Part shown: one piece after another, positions 1-7,002 of the stretch
How the letters are laid out: each line of letters opens with the position of its first letter
Numbering within the stretch: the first letter of the stretch is position 1
IMG/VR virus record: IMGVR_UViG_3300046721_000236
Origin: a virus
DNA: 44,053 nucleotides
Direction: 5' to 3' (one strand)
Program-made: the position numbers and the translations under genes
Notes under the pieces: generated by a model
The model's input: only the letters and a program-made list of their open reading frames with translations
Told to the model about the DNA's origin: nothing
Database searches by the model: none

Positions 1-127
1 TGGAGGAGTTGTGATCCGCATCGGCCACCGCATGCCGTGGCTGGACATTGCCATCATCGTGGCCATGGGGCTGATGCTCGGCGTGGCGATTGGCCTGTTC
101 CTGATGGGCGGCTGGCGATGATGGCCG
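1..127. repeat. Terminal direct repeat copy A, identical to 43927..44053 (circular-assembly overlap or terminal redundancy)
   Basis: Bases 1-127 (tggaggagttgtgatccgc...ggctggcgatgatggccg) recur exactly at 43927-44053. Unit length is 43926 bp. Confidence 0.95.
11..121 (+). CDS. Small hydrophobic protein (36 aa, one predicted TM helix)
   Basis: GTG start forms a GTGA overlap with the stop of the 61-aa ORF (visible in the duplicate copy at 43937). Peptide is VIRIGHRMPWLDIAIIVAMGLMLGVAIGLFLMGGWR. Its stop overlaps the next ATG (ATGA). Below the 60-aa cut-off of the ORF track. Confidence 0.4.
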   Translation: MIRIGHRMPWLDIAIIVAMGLMLGVAIGLFLMGGWR

Positions 128-231
128 CGATGTGGGCGCGGTTGCTGCGCTGGCTCTTCGTGCCATCATTCGATCCGCAGATGTCAGACGAGTGGAGAAC
201 CAATCACTTATACACGTCCGGTAAATCATAA
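118..231 (+). CDS. Small hypothetical protein (37 aa)
   Basis: Internal ATG of track ORF 37..231, in an ATGA overlap with the preceding small ORF. The upstream part of the track ORF is His/Arg/Gly-rich and looks off-frame. Confidence 0.35.
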   Translation: MMAAMWARLLRWLFVPSFDPQMSDEWRTNHLYTSGKS

Positions 232-240
232 GGAGCCGTT

Positions 241-726
241 ATGAAATCGCTTGGAATCGCCCTAATCGTTCTAATCGGCGTCAGTCTCTCGGCTCAGTCC
301 CGCTTTGTTCCCGGCAAGTATCTATCTCGGCGCGCGGCCCAGATTGTCGAAGTCGCCACTGAGGGCAATTTCCTGAAGTGGACGATTGGCTCGCATGTCT
401 TTTATTGGGGCGGCAATGGTGACATTCCTATCGAGGCGCACGATTACGACGGCGACGGCTTAGATGATCCGACGATTTACCATCCACAAACACATGAATG
501 GTGGATCTTGCGGTCACGTTGCGACGGCGGGCGCTGGACCTGCTATGACGTGCTGACGATGGCGGCCGTGCATACAAGCGCCAGTGAACCGCTGGTGTGC
601 GCGCCAGGCACGGTGCTGGCGCTGGGCGAAGGCGACCCATATTGCGCACCTCCGATCCAGACGTTTACCTGCCCGCCAGGCACGCATATCGCGCTGGGCG
701 ACGTCCTGAGCTGTGAGGCCCTATGA
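241..726 (+). CDS. Secreted protein with one FG-GAP/VCBS-like repeat and a Cys-rich C-terminus
   Basis: AAGGAG lies 5 nt upstream of the ATG. The N-terminus MKSLGIALIVLIGVSLSAQS looks like a Sec signal peptide. DYDGDGLDDPTIYHPQTHEWWIL fits the DxDGDGxxD...W FG-GAP/VCBS pattern. Confidence 0.7.
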   Translation: MKSLGIALIVLIGVSLSAQSRFVPGKYLSRRAAQIVEVATEGNFLKWTIGSHVFYWGGNGDIPIEAHDYDGDGLDDPTIYHPQTHEWWILRSRCDGGRWTCYDVLTMAAVHTSASEPLVCAPGTVLALGEGDPYCAPPIQTFTCPPGTHIALGDVLSCEAL

Positions 727-2141
727 GCGACAAGCAAATCGTGCTCATCGACTTCAGCAGCATCGCACACCCGATTTGGCATATGGCGGCGAGCGATCCG
801 AATCCCGATGCCACGTCCATCGGCATCATTGCGAAGGTACGCGCCCTGACGTCAGGCCAGCCGCATGCGGCCTTGTGCCTGGATTCGCCCAAGTCGTTCC
901 GCCGCGAGATGGACGCGACGTATAAGGCGGCGAGGGAAAGCAAGCCGGCGCCATTCTTCCATCAATGTGAGATCGCACTCGAGGCGTTGAAGGGCGACGG
1001 CTTCCCGCAATGGTCGGCGGAAGGCTTTGAAGCCGATGACATCATCGCCACCGCCGCGCGTCGGGCGATTGCCATCGGCTTTGGCGTGTCGGTATTAGTC
1101 GTCAGCGCCGATAAAGACTTGCTGCAATTGGTGAATAACCTTATCAGCGTCAAGTCGCCTATCACGGGCAACATCATGACGCCGGAGGGCGTCAGAGAGA
1201 AGTTTGGCGTGGCTCCGAATCAGATTCGCGATTACCTGACGCTGGTCGGTGATGCGTCAGACGGCGTCATCGGTGTGCGAGGTATTGGAGCAAAGACCGC
1301 GAAGGCCATGATGGGAGTGTTTGGCAACATCGACGATATGTACGCGGCTATTGACGCAGGCGACTTCGATGGACCGGGCAGCAACATTCTGAAGCCATCA
1401 CATCTCGCCACGCTGGCCGAATTTAGGAATCGCCTGCCCATCGTGCGCACGTTATTGTCCCTGCGCGAGGATGCGCCTATTGACTTTGCCCAGGTGCTGA
1501 AGGAACGCCAGCCGACCGACGGAGGAGATGAGATCATGCAGGACATCGAGAAAGCGATGCCGACGCTTACGCCAGAGGAACAAGTCGCATTTATCGAACA
1601 GGCATCAACCATCAAGCCAGAGCCGCCGCGTATGTCGCTCGTGCCGATGAACGGCGATTATGAACGCCAGCTCGAGCCTCGATCGATGAATCAAGCCGTT
1701 GAATTGTCAGGCTTGCTTCACAAGGCGCGACTCTTTAACGGTTATGGCTCGCCAGAAGCCGTGCTGTCGACGGTGCTCGCAGGCCGTGAATTAGGGATTA
1801 GCGCAATGGCGAGCCTGCGCAGCTTCCATATTGTCGAAGGGCGCCCCACGCTGGCCGCCGATGCCCTCCGCGCGCTCGTGCTGAAGTCAGGCAAGGCGAA
1901 GTCGTTCCGCTGCACCGAGCGCACGGCGCAGGCCGCGACATTCAGCACACAGCGCCAAGACGAAGAGCCGATGACGCTACGCTATACCATCGAAGAGGCG
2001 CAAGCGGCTGGCCTCGTGAAGAACGGCAGCGGTTGGACGAAGAATCCGGCCGATATGTTAGTCGCGCGAGCGTCGTCGAAGCTGGCCCGGTTGGTCTATC
2101 CTGACGTTGTGGCTGGCCTCTATGCGCCTGAGGAGTTCTAA
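723..2141 (+). CDS. 5'-3' exonuclease (FEN/PolA N-terminal type, PIN plus H3TH) fused to a RecT-like single-strand annealing domain
   Basis: N-terminal half has LIDFSS, FRREMDATYKAAR, EADDIIAT, VSADKDLLQLV and LTLVGDASDGVIGVRGIGAKTAKAMM, the FEN/53EXO motifs. C-terminal 180 aa (ELGISAMASLRSFHIVEGRPTL..., GSGWTKNPADMLVARASSKLARLVYPDVVAGLYAPEE) resembles RecT-family annealases. ATGA overlap with the upstream gene. Confidence 0.8.
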   Translation: MSDKQIVLIDFSSIAHPIWHMAASDPNPDATSIGIIAKVRALTSGQPHAALCLDSPKSFRREMDATYKAARESKPAPFFHQCEIALEALKGDGFPQWSAEGFEADDIIATAARRAIAIGFGVSVLVVSADKDLLQLVNNLISVKSPITGNIMTPEGVREKFGVAPNQIRDYLTLVGDASDGVIGVRGIGAKTAKAMMGVFGNIDDMYAAIDAGDFDGPGSNILKPSHLATLAEFRNRLPIVRTLLSLREDAPIDFAQVLKERQPTDGGDEIMQDIEKAMPTLTPEEQVAFIEQASTIKPEPPRMSLVPMNGDYERQLEPRSMNQAVELSGLLHKARLFNGYGSPEAVLSTVLAGRELGISAMASLRSFHIVEGRPTLAADALRALVLKSGKAKSFRCTERTAQAATFSTQRQDEEPMTLRYTIEEAQAAGLVKNGSGWTKNPADMLVARASSKLARLVYPDVVAGLYAPEEF

Positions 2142-2332
2142 TGCAAGCCACGATCTATGTCAGTAGCACGAAAGGGAATAATGCAGATATCGGGCGCTCG
2201 ATTGGCTTAACAGGGGAAGCGCTTGAGAATTTTTGCTATGCCTGTTATGAAGTCGCCCTCGAAGTAGACGTCGACGAAAAAACGGGGGAAGCCACAATCA
2301 TCAGCGTAGATGGTCGCAAGGTGGAACCATGA
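2141..2332 (+). CDS. Hypothetical protein (63 aa)
   Basis: ORF track. Start overlaps the previous stop (TAATG) and the stop overlaps the next start. Confidence 0.5.
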   Translation: MQATIYVSSTKGNNADIGRSIGLTGEALENFCYACYEVALEVDVDEKTGEATIISVDGRKVEP

Positions 2333-2733
2333 CGGCTTACGAGCTCGAAGCCATCGGCCTACTGAAGCGCATCGATGCCACACTGGCGGAATTGCTGGCG
2401 CTCTCGAAGTCGAAGCGAGCCGGGACACCGATGCCCGCCGCGGCGATTGACCTCGAAGGCCCCTATGGTGATCCGATCATCAAGGCGAAAGACCCGCGCG
2501 ACTGGAACGGTCCATCGATGAACGGCCGGCATCTCAGCGAATGCCCGCCGGAATATCTTGATCTGCTGGCATCTCGCTATGACTACTTCGCGGGCAAGGA
2601 AGAGGACGAGAAAAAGAAACGCTATGCCGTCATCGATGCGGCGAAGGCCCGAGCATGGGCTGCGCGGCTGCGGAGCGGCTATCAGCCAAAGGCGCCGGAG
2701 CCGATGATTGACGAGGGGCAGATCAAATGGTGA
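2329..2733 (+). CDS. Hypothetical protein (134 aa)
   Basis: ORF track. ATGA coupling upstream, balanced protein-like composition, no family recognised. Confidence 0.6.
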   Translation: MTAYELEAIGLLKRIDATLAELLALSKSKRAGTPMPAAAIDLEGPYGDPIIKAKDPRDWNGPSMNGRHLSECPPEYLDLLASRYDYFAGKEEDEKKKRYAVIDAAKARAWAARLRSGYQPKAPEPMIDEGQIKW

Positions 2734-3299
2734 CGGACGACGCCCGCACCCGACGACTCCGAGCGCTACCGCGATATTCACAGAGCAGCCTTGACGACTT
2801 GCTACTGCGCGACCCTGATGGCGATTGGGTGCGTTTCTCTGATGTGGAGGCCGTGCTGGACACCGAGGGGGACCGACAGACACCACGAGCTATCGAAAAC
2901 ATGCACGATTGCATCAATTGCAGCGAGGAAGGCGCGAAGCAGTGGGCCAATCCTCATGTCGGCCCATTTTGTGACGACTGTTACCGTTGGTTGCGCGCGG
3001 ACACCGAGGGGGAACCTGTCGCTACGAGGTTGTCGTCGCAAGATGAAGCGAGAGAATCGTTTCTGCGCGGGCATCTGGACACCGAGGGGGACCGACCGGA
3101 GCCTGATGACGCGAACGAACTGCGGACGGTGGTGCGAGATATGCGCCTCTCGGCTATCGACCGTCTCTGCGCGGACGTTCCAAAACTCTGGCCTCGTCTT
3201 TCGGCGCGGACATTTGCAGCGGTCGTCGGTGCGCTGGGGGAAATCAGCATCATCGAAGCACGCGAAGCCCTCTCACGGGCTGACACAGAGGGCGCATGA
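2727..3299 (+). CDS. DTEG-repeat protein, paralog A (190 aa, four (L/A)DTEG copies)
   Basis: Contains LDTEGDRQTP, ADTEGEPVA, LDTEGDRPEP and the C-terminal ADTEGA-stop. The N-terminal ARTRRLR block is shared with ORF 4293..4760 (19 identical nt, 2745-2763 = 4305-4323). The alternative frame 2791..3372 is Arg/Cys-rich. Confidence 0.65.
   Translation: MVTDDARTRRLRALPRYSQSSLDDLLLRDPDGDWVRFSDVEAVLDTEGDRQTPRAIENMHDCINCSEEGAKQWANPHVGPFCDDCYRWLRADTEGEPVATRLSSQDEARESFLRGHLDTEGDRPEPDDANELRTVVRDMRLSAIDRLCADVPKLWPRLSARTFAAVVGALGEISIIEAREALSRADTEGA
2849..2877 (+). repeat. DTEG element copy 1 (29 bp, identical to 4442..4470)
   Basis: ggccgtgctggacaccgagggggaccgac. Confidence 0.9.
2999..3013 (+). repeat. 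DTEG element copy 2 (15-bp core)
   Basis: ggacaccgaggggga, read in frame as DTEGE. Confidence 0.8.
3075..3096 (+). repeat. DTEG element copy 3 (22 bp, identical to 2856..2877 and 4449..4470)
   Basis: ctggacaccgagggggaccgac. Confidence 0.9.
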
Positions 3300-3934
3300 G
3301 AGTGGCGGCGCTGTTTGTCGCGCGCAATGGTCCCTACGCCAATATTCCGGCCGTCGATCTCTGGGATGCTGAACGCGATGCCAGGCTCTATCGTGGGCCG
3401 TGGCCGGTGATTGCTCATCCGCCCTGCGAGCGGTGGGGCCGGTATTGGTTCGGCGGTCCCTCGGCCCGCGTGCGACGAGTGAAGGGCGACGACGGCGGGT
3501 GCTTCGAATCGGCGTTGGCTTCCGTGCGGAAGTGGGGCGGCGTGCTTGAGCATCCAGCGGCGAGCTCGGCGTGGGCTGCCTTCGGACTCAAAGAACCACC
3601 GAGGGCCGGTGGCTGGATTGTGGCGGATTGGGAGGGCGGCTGGACGTGTTGCGTAGATCAGGGCCACTACGGTCACCGAGCCCAGAAGGCTACCTGGCTC
3701 TACGCCGTTGCGGTGCCGCTCCCAATGCTTCGATGGGGGAAGTCAGACCGACGTATCCGGCTCGATGACGGCTATGACTCGCGCGAGGAACGACGGCGGA
3801 AAATTAGGACCGGGACGTGTCAGCGGCTTTCGCAGCGCGAACGTGCCGAAACGCCAGCGGCCTTCCGAGACGTGCTGATGTCGATGGCACTCAAAGCGGA
3901 ACTACCAGACACCGAAGGGAAACGTGCGGTATGA
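3296..3934 (+). CDS. Cytosine-C5 methyltransferase-like protein with a degenerate SAM-binding motif and a C-terminal PDTEG tail
   Basis: IAHPPCERW resembles motif IV (PC). GGVLEHP resembles motif VI (ENV). HYGHRAQKATWLY resembles motif VIII. RLSQRERAETPAAFRDVL resembles motif IX. The N-terminus ALFVARNGPYA sits where FxGxG is expected. ATGA overlaps at both ends. Confidence 0.4.
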   Translation: MRVAALFVARNGPYANIPAVDLWDAERDARLYRGPWPVIAHPPCERWGRYWFGGPSARVRRVKGDDGGCFESALASVRKWGGVLEHPAASSAWAAFGLKEPPRAGGWIVADWEGGWTCCVDQGHYGHRAQKATWLYAVAVPLPMLRWGKSDRRIRLDDGYDSREERRRKIRTGTCQRLSQRERAETPAAFRDVLMSMALKAELPDTEGKRAV

Positions 3935-4296
3935 CTCAACGCGAACCGTCTGGCCTGTATGTCTATCAGCCACTCGCGCCGACGAAGGCAAACCCAGAGC
4001 CGAAGATCGTCGCAGGCATCGAATATTTCTGGGTTGGCGATGAGGAAGATTCACAGTGTGCGCGGTGTGGTAGTTCGACTTATGCCGTGGGCTGTTGGAA
4101 CTGCGGCGGTGAGGGGTTCCTGGAGGATGAGGACGACTGGGAAGGCGACCCAGACGGCAGGCGTTGCGACATCTGCGGCGGGGATGGTGGCTGGCAACGG
4201 TGCTGCTCATCCCGCGAATTCTGTGATGCTCATCCGATGCCTGGCCGTGAAGCGATTAAATCCTCAGCGCGCGAGAACTGGGAAGGCGAAGAATGA
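3931..4296 (+). CDS. Cys-rich zinc-finger protein with DnaJ-type CxxCxGxG motifs (121 aa)
   Basis: Internal ATG of track ORF 3817..4296, in an ATGA overlap with the upstream stop. Contains CARCGSS, CWNCGGEG and CDICGGDG. Confidence 0.6.
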   Translation: MTQREPSGLYVYQPLAPTKANPEPKIVAGIEYFWVGDEEDSQCARCGSSTYAVGCWNCGGEGFLEDEDDWEGDPDGRRCDICGGDGGWQRCCSSREFCDAHPMPGREAIKSSARENWEGEE

Positions 4297-4760
4297 CTGA
4301 TGAACGCACCCGACGACTCCGAGAGCTAGAAGCCATCGCGCAGGAAATCGAAGCGGCTTCGCTGTATCTCGACAAGCCTAACTATCCTATCAAGCCCCTA
4401 TGTTCAGACGACTTGAGGGAATGGGCGAAGCGTTTACGTGCGGCCGTGCTGGACACCGAGGGGGACCGACCAGCACCGACAATTGAAGAAGCGGACCTGT
4501 ATAAGCTCGCGGCAAAGGTCGCACATCAGCAGGAGACATGCCCATCAGCGCGAACGAGTGGCCCCTGCAAGTCCTGCGTCAATCGCGTGGACTTCGCCCG
4601 CTTATGTATCTTGCGGTTACGGTTACGGGCGGACACCGAGGGGGACGCCAGCCCAGCGCCCTCGATTTGCCCGAGCTATATCTGCCCGGTCTGCTATCAC
4701 GAAAAGGACCGCTGTTCGCATTGCGATACCGCGCTCCCTGATCCTCCGGTGCAGCCATGA
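4293..4760 (+). CDS. DTEG-repeat protein, paralog B (155 aa, two DTEG copies, Cys-rich C-terminus)
   Basis: Contains LDTEGDRPAP and ADTEGDASP, shares the N-terminal RTRRLRE block with paralog A, and has a CPxxxxxxCKSC ... CPSYICPVCYHEKDRCSHC cluster. Confidence 0.65.
   Translation: MTDERTRRLRELEAIAQEIEAASLYLDKPNYPIKPLCSDDLREWAKRLRAAVLDTEGDRPAPTIEEADLYKLAAKVAHQQETCPSARTSGPCKSCVNRVDFARLCILRLRLRADTEGDASPAPSICPSYICPVCYHEKDRCSHCDTALPDPPVQP
4442..4470 (+). repeat. DTEG element copy 4 (29 bp, identical to 2849..2877)
   Basis: ggccgtgctggacaccgagggggaccgac. Confidence 0.9.
4631..4646 (+). repeat. DTEG element copy 5 (16-bp core)
   Basis: ggacaccgagggggac. Confidence 0.8.
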
Positions 4761-4779
4761 CGGAAAAGGAGAAACGACC

Positions 4780-4962
4780 ATGCTGATGAGTCTCATTCGC
4801 GCCGGTCGCTGGGGTGACCTGCATTCCGAGCGCAAGACACTCTGGCTGATTGCCGTCGTCATCCTCGTCGGCACATCAGGCACCTATCTACACGCCGCCT
4901 CCGTTTCGGTCGGCTGGTGGGATATGTGGTACGCCTTCTGGGAATGGCTCTACACCCTGTGA
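4780..4962 (+). CDS. Small membrane protein (60 aa)
   Basis: AAAGGAG at 4765-4771 precedes ATG 4780. Peptide MLMSLIRAGRWGDLHSERKTLWLIAVVILVGTSGTYL...WWDMWYAFWEWLYTL has one TM helix plus an aromatic tail. It is the C-terminal part of track ORF 4438..4962. Confidence 0.6.
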   Translation: MLMSLIRAGRWGDLHSERKTLWLIAVVILVGTSGTYLHAASVSVGWWDMWYAFWEWLYTL

Positions 4963-5243
4963 GGCGCCTCTCGCTGGCCCTACTGCTATTATTCGGCCTC
5001 TTCGTCGCTGTGCGTGCCGAAGAGGCCAGCAGCGAAGACAAGCTCCGTCTGCAAGTCGTGCTCCTGCGTGGCGAACTGGCCGAGGCGCTAAAGGCACATG
5101 CGAAGTGTGAAGCCGAAGGCTCCGCCGCCACGAAGCAGTTGCAGCAAGCGCAAACAGAAGGGCAGGCGCTCGTCAAGGCGCTCGAGGCCCGCGGCTTGAC
5201 CGTTAATCAGCAGAATGAGATTGTCACCAAGCCCGCGCCTTAA
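4917..5243 (+). CDS. Signal-peptide or TM-anchored coiled-coil protein (Rz/i-spanin-like architecture)
   Basis: RRLSLALLLLFGLFVAVRA is followed by a heptad-like EEASSEDKLRLQVVLLRGELAEALKAHAK...QQAQTEGQALVKALEA. The true start may be GTG 4959 (GTGA overlap with the upstream stop) or ATG 4944. Confidence 0.55.
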   Translation: MGYVVRLLGMALHPVRRLSLALLLLFGLFVAVRAEEASSEDKLRLQVVLLRGELAEALKAHAKCEAEGSAATKQLQQAQTEGQALVKALEARGLTVNQQNEIVTKPAP

Positions 5244-6319
5244 AAGCCGCGGCAGAGGACGTAGAGCTTATCGCCCGCAATGTAGTTGCCATCGATCTCG
5301 ACGGCTGTCGTGCTCGTAGCCACGTTCAGCACATACGCCGCCCCGACCGTTTGGGCCGAGACGGTGCAGACCGGCGCGGTTGCATACGCGGGGCTAAATG
5401 TCGCAAAGCCGGTGCCTGCCACGCCTGCGCCAATCGTCACGATGAACGCATAATTGCGGCCGGCAATCGCCCGTCCTGCGCCACCCCATCCCCCGCCGAC
5501 CGTGGGAGCCCCGGAACTATCCGTCACGTTGCCTGTGCTGCCCACGAGGAGATTGCCACTCACTGACAGATTAGACGTCGCCGGATCAATCGTATTGCCA
5601 ATGCTCACGCCCCCGGAGGCATGGAGGCGCATGGCTTCCGCGCTGCCGGTATAGAACCGAATCGGGGCCGACACGCTCGTGAGAATCGATAAGCCCCCGA
5701 CCCCGATCGCCGCCAGCGTCGAGCCATTCGCGAGAAATGGCCCACTCGGCGTAAAGGTTGACGATTGCGATTGCAGCACGGTCAGTCCCGCATTCGCATC
5801 GTTCCCAATCAAGAGGCGTGTCGCATTGCCTACGCCAGCCGTCGTATTGCGAATCATCAGATCTTGAAGGCCGGCGCCCCCCGCACTGATCGCATGGGCG
5901 CCAAATCCAGTGACGGTCAGAATGCCGCTCACCGTCGTGCTGCCAGCCACAGTCACCAAGGACCCTGATTCCGACACCAAGCTATCGCTCAATGATGTCG
6001 GCGACATGAATTTGCTATGCGTCCCTGTCGTGCCACTGACGGACGATCCAGAGGCAAGGCCGATGCCGTTAAAGAATAACGATCCAGCCACCGAATACAG
6101 CTTATTGGCCGTGATTGCAGGCGCCCCGCTGGGCAAGACGATCGAAGCTGTTGTGATGCCGCTGCCAGCGGCCGGCGTCGAGCTGCCCAGCGGACACCCG
6201 ACACAGATGGACGTAGGCGCCTGTGACGTGGTCGTCAGCGTCGTAAACGCGCCCGGTCGTGGCTGCGCCGATGCGGAGGCAGCGACGAGCAACACGCAGA
6301 GCGTCAGCCAGATTCTCAT
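5240..6319 (-). CDS. Gly/Ser/Thr-rich fibre-like protein with an N-terminal signal-peptide-like segment
   Basis: MRIWLTLCVLLVAASASA-QPRPG is followed by a long G/S/T/A-rich beta-type sequence. It is the last gene of the virion array and has an ATGA overlap upstream. Confidence 0.6.
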   Translation of the reverse strand: MRIWLTLCVLLVAASASAQPRPGAFTTLTTTSQAPTSICVGCPLGSSTPAAGSGITTASIVLPSGAPAITANKLYSVAGSLFFNGIGLASGSSVSGTTGTHSKFMSPTSLSDSLVSESGSLVTVAGSTTVSGILTVTGFGAHAISAGGAGLQDLMIRNTTAGVGNATRLLIGNDANAGLTVLQSQSSTFTPSGPFLANGSTLAAIGVGGLSILTSVSAPIRFYTGSAEAMRLHASGGVSIGNTIDPATSNLSVSGNLLVGSTGNVTDSSGAPTVGGGWGGAGRAIAGRNYAFIVTIGAGVAGTGFATFSPAYATAPVCTVSAQTVGAAYVLNVATSTTAVEIDGNYIAGDKLYVLCRGF

Positions 6320-7002
6320 GCGGGAACCTTAACTAATTGAATGGCCCAGGCGAAGCCGGAGCCCGTATCGACTTTCGCTTTGATGCCGTAGTTCTTCACG
6401 CTGCCGCCTGCCGCAAACGTAATGGGGCCGCTCGTGATGACGTTGCCGGCGGCGTTTGAGCCCGACATCTCGACGATTGGCGTATCGGGCGCCCCATCCG
6501 TCAGATTGACGAGCGCGACCGTCACGATGGCCGCGCCGAGCGTGCTCAAGGCCATGCCTTGCAGCTTATAGGTGCCCGGTGCCAAGTTGGCGCTATCCAG
6601 CGGATAGATCGCTGTGCCCGCGTGGCAACTGGCGAAGGTCGGCCCGAGCGGATAGCCGGTCGTAATCGGTGAGGTCGGATCGCCCGCGAAGTTGAAGACG
6701 TCGTAAACGCCGGATTGCGTCAGACCGACAGAGCCGACCGGGTCGGTGGAATCAATGACCACGCCGAGGGCATCCGTCAGAATGAATTTATAGGACTGCG
6801 CAGCGAGGTAAATCTTGTAGCGCCCGCCGCTGCTGAGGACGATGGGGTTGGCGTTGGGAACAAGCAGATCGGCATCGGTCCACGTCGTCGCGGGCGTCGA
6901 GGTGCCCGCCGCATAGGTCCATAAGAAGCCACCATCCAGCGGAAAGCCGTTATCGTCCAGCGCTTGCGGAAAGGCATACGGCGCTAAAGTGCCCAGACTC
7001 AC
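6316..7002 (-). CDS. Tail fibre/tailspike-type protein (conserved N-terminal fibre domain)
   Basis: FPQALDDNGFPLDGGFLWTYAAGTSTPATTWTDADLLVPNANPIVLSSGGRYKIYLAAQSYKFILTDALGVVIDSTDPV matches the widespread phage fibre/spike N-terminal pattern (D.nG.PL.gG.l..Y.AGT.TP..T..D......N.NP..L...G.y...). Confidence 0.65.
   Translation of the reverse strand: MSLGTLAPYAFPQALDDNGFPLDGGFLWTYAAGTSTPATTWTDADLLVPNANPIVLSSGGRYKIYLAAQSYKFILTDALGVVIDSTDPVGSVGLTQSGVYDVFNFAGDPTSPITTGYPLGPTFASCHAGTAIYPLDSANLAPGTYKLQGMALSTLGAAIVTVALVNLTDGAPDTPIVEMSGSNAAGNVITSGPITFAAGGSVKNYGIKAKVDTGSGFAWAIQLVKVPA

Noticed and set aside
1-127. The 127-bp end repeat as an LTR, IS end or att duplication.
   Set aside because: The copies sit exactly at the window termini and coding continuity runs across the join. 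There is no transposase or integrase, so an assembly overlap or terminal redundancy is the economical reading.
2791-3372. 193-aa alternative-frame ORF overlapping the DTEG-repeat gene; it reads the repeat as TPRGTD.
   Set aside because: It is Arg/Cys/Ser-rich and non-protein-like, has no coupled start, and overlaps two well-coupled genes. This is a typical open shadow frame in GC-rich DNA. The same applies to the 4438-4779 part of track ORF 4438..4962.
2856-3920. The DTEG element as a start-associated sequence or Shine-Dalgarno, because GAGGGGG is purine-rich and two weak copies sit just before ATG 3296 and ATG 3931.
   Set aside because: The five strong copies are 20 or more nt from any in-frame start, and the nearest ATGs open only Arg/Cys-rich frames. 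All copies keep one codon phase, which an SD would not require.
5240-7002. A diversity-generating retroelement acting on the fibre genes, as seen in BPP-1-like podophages.
   Set aside because: I found no reverse transcriptase ORF and no template/variable repeat pair anywhere in the window.
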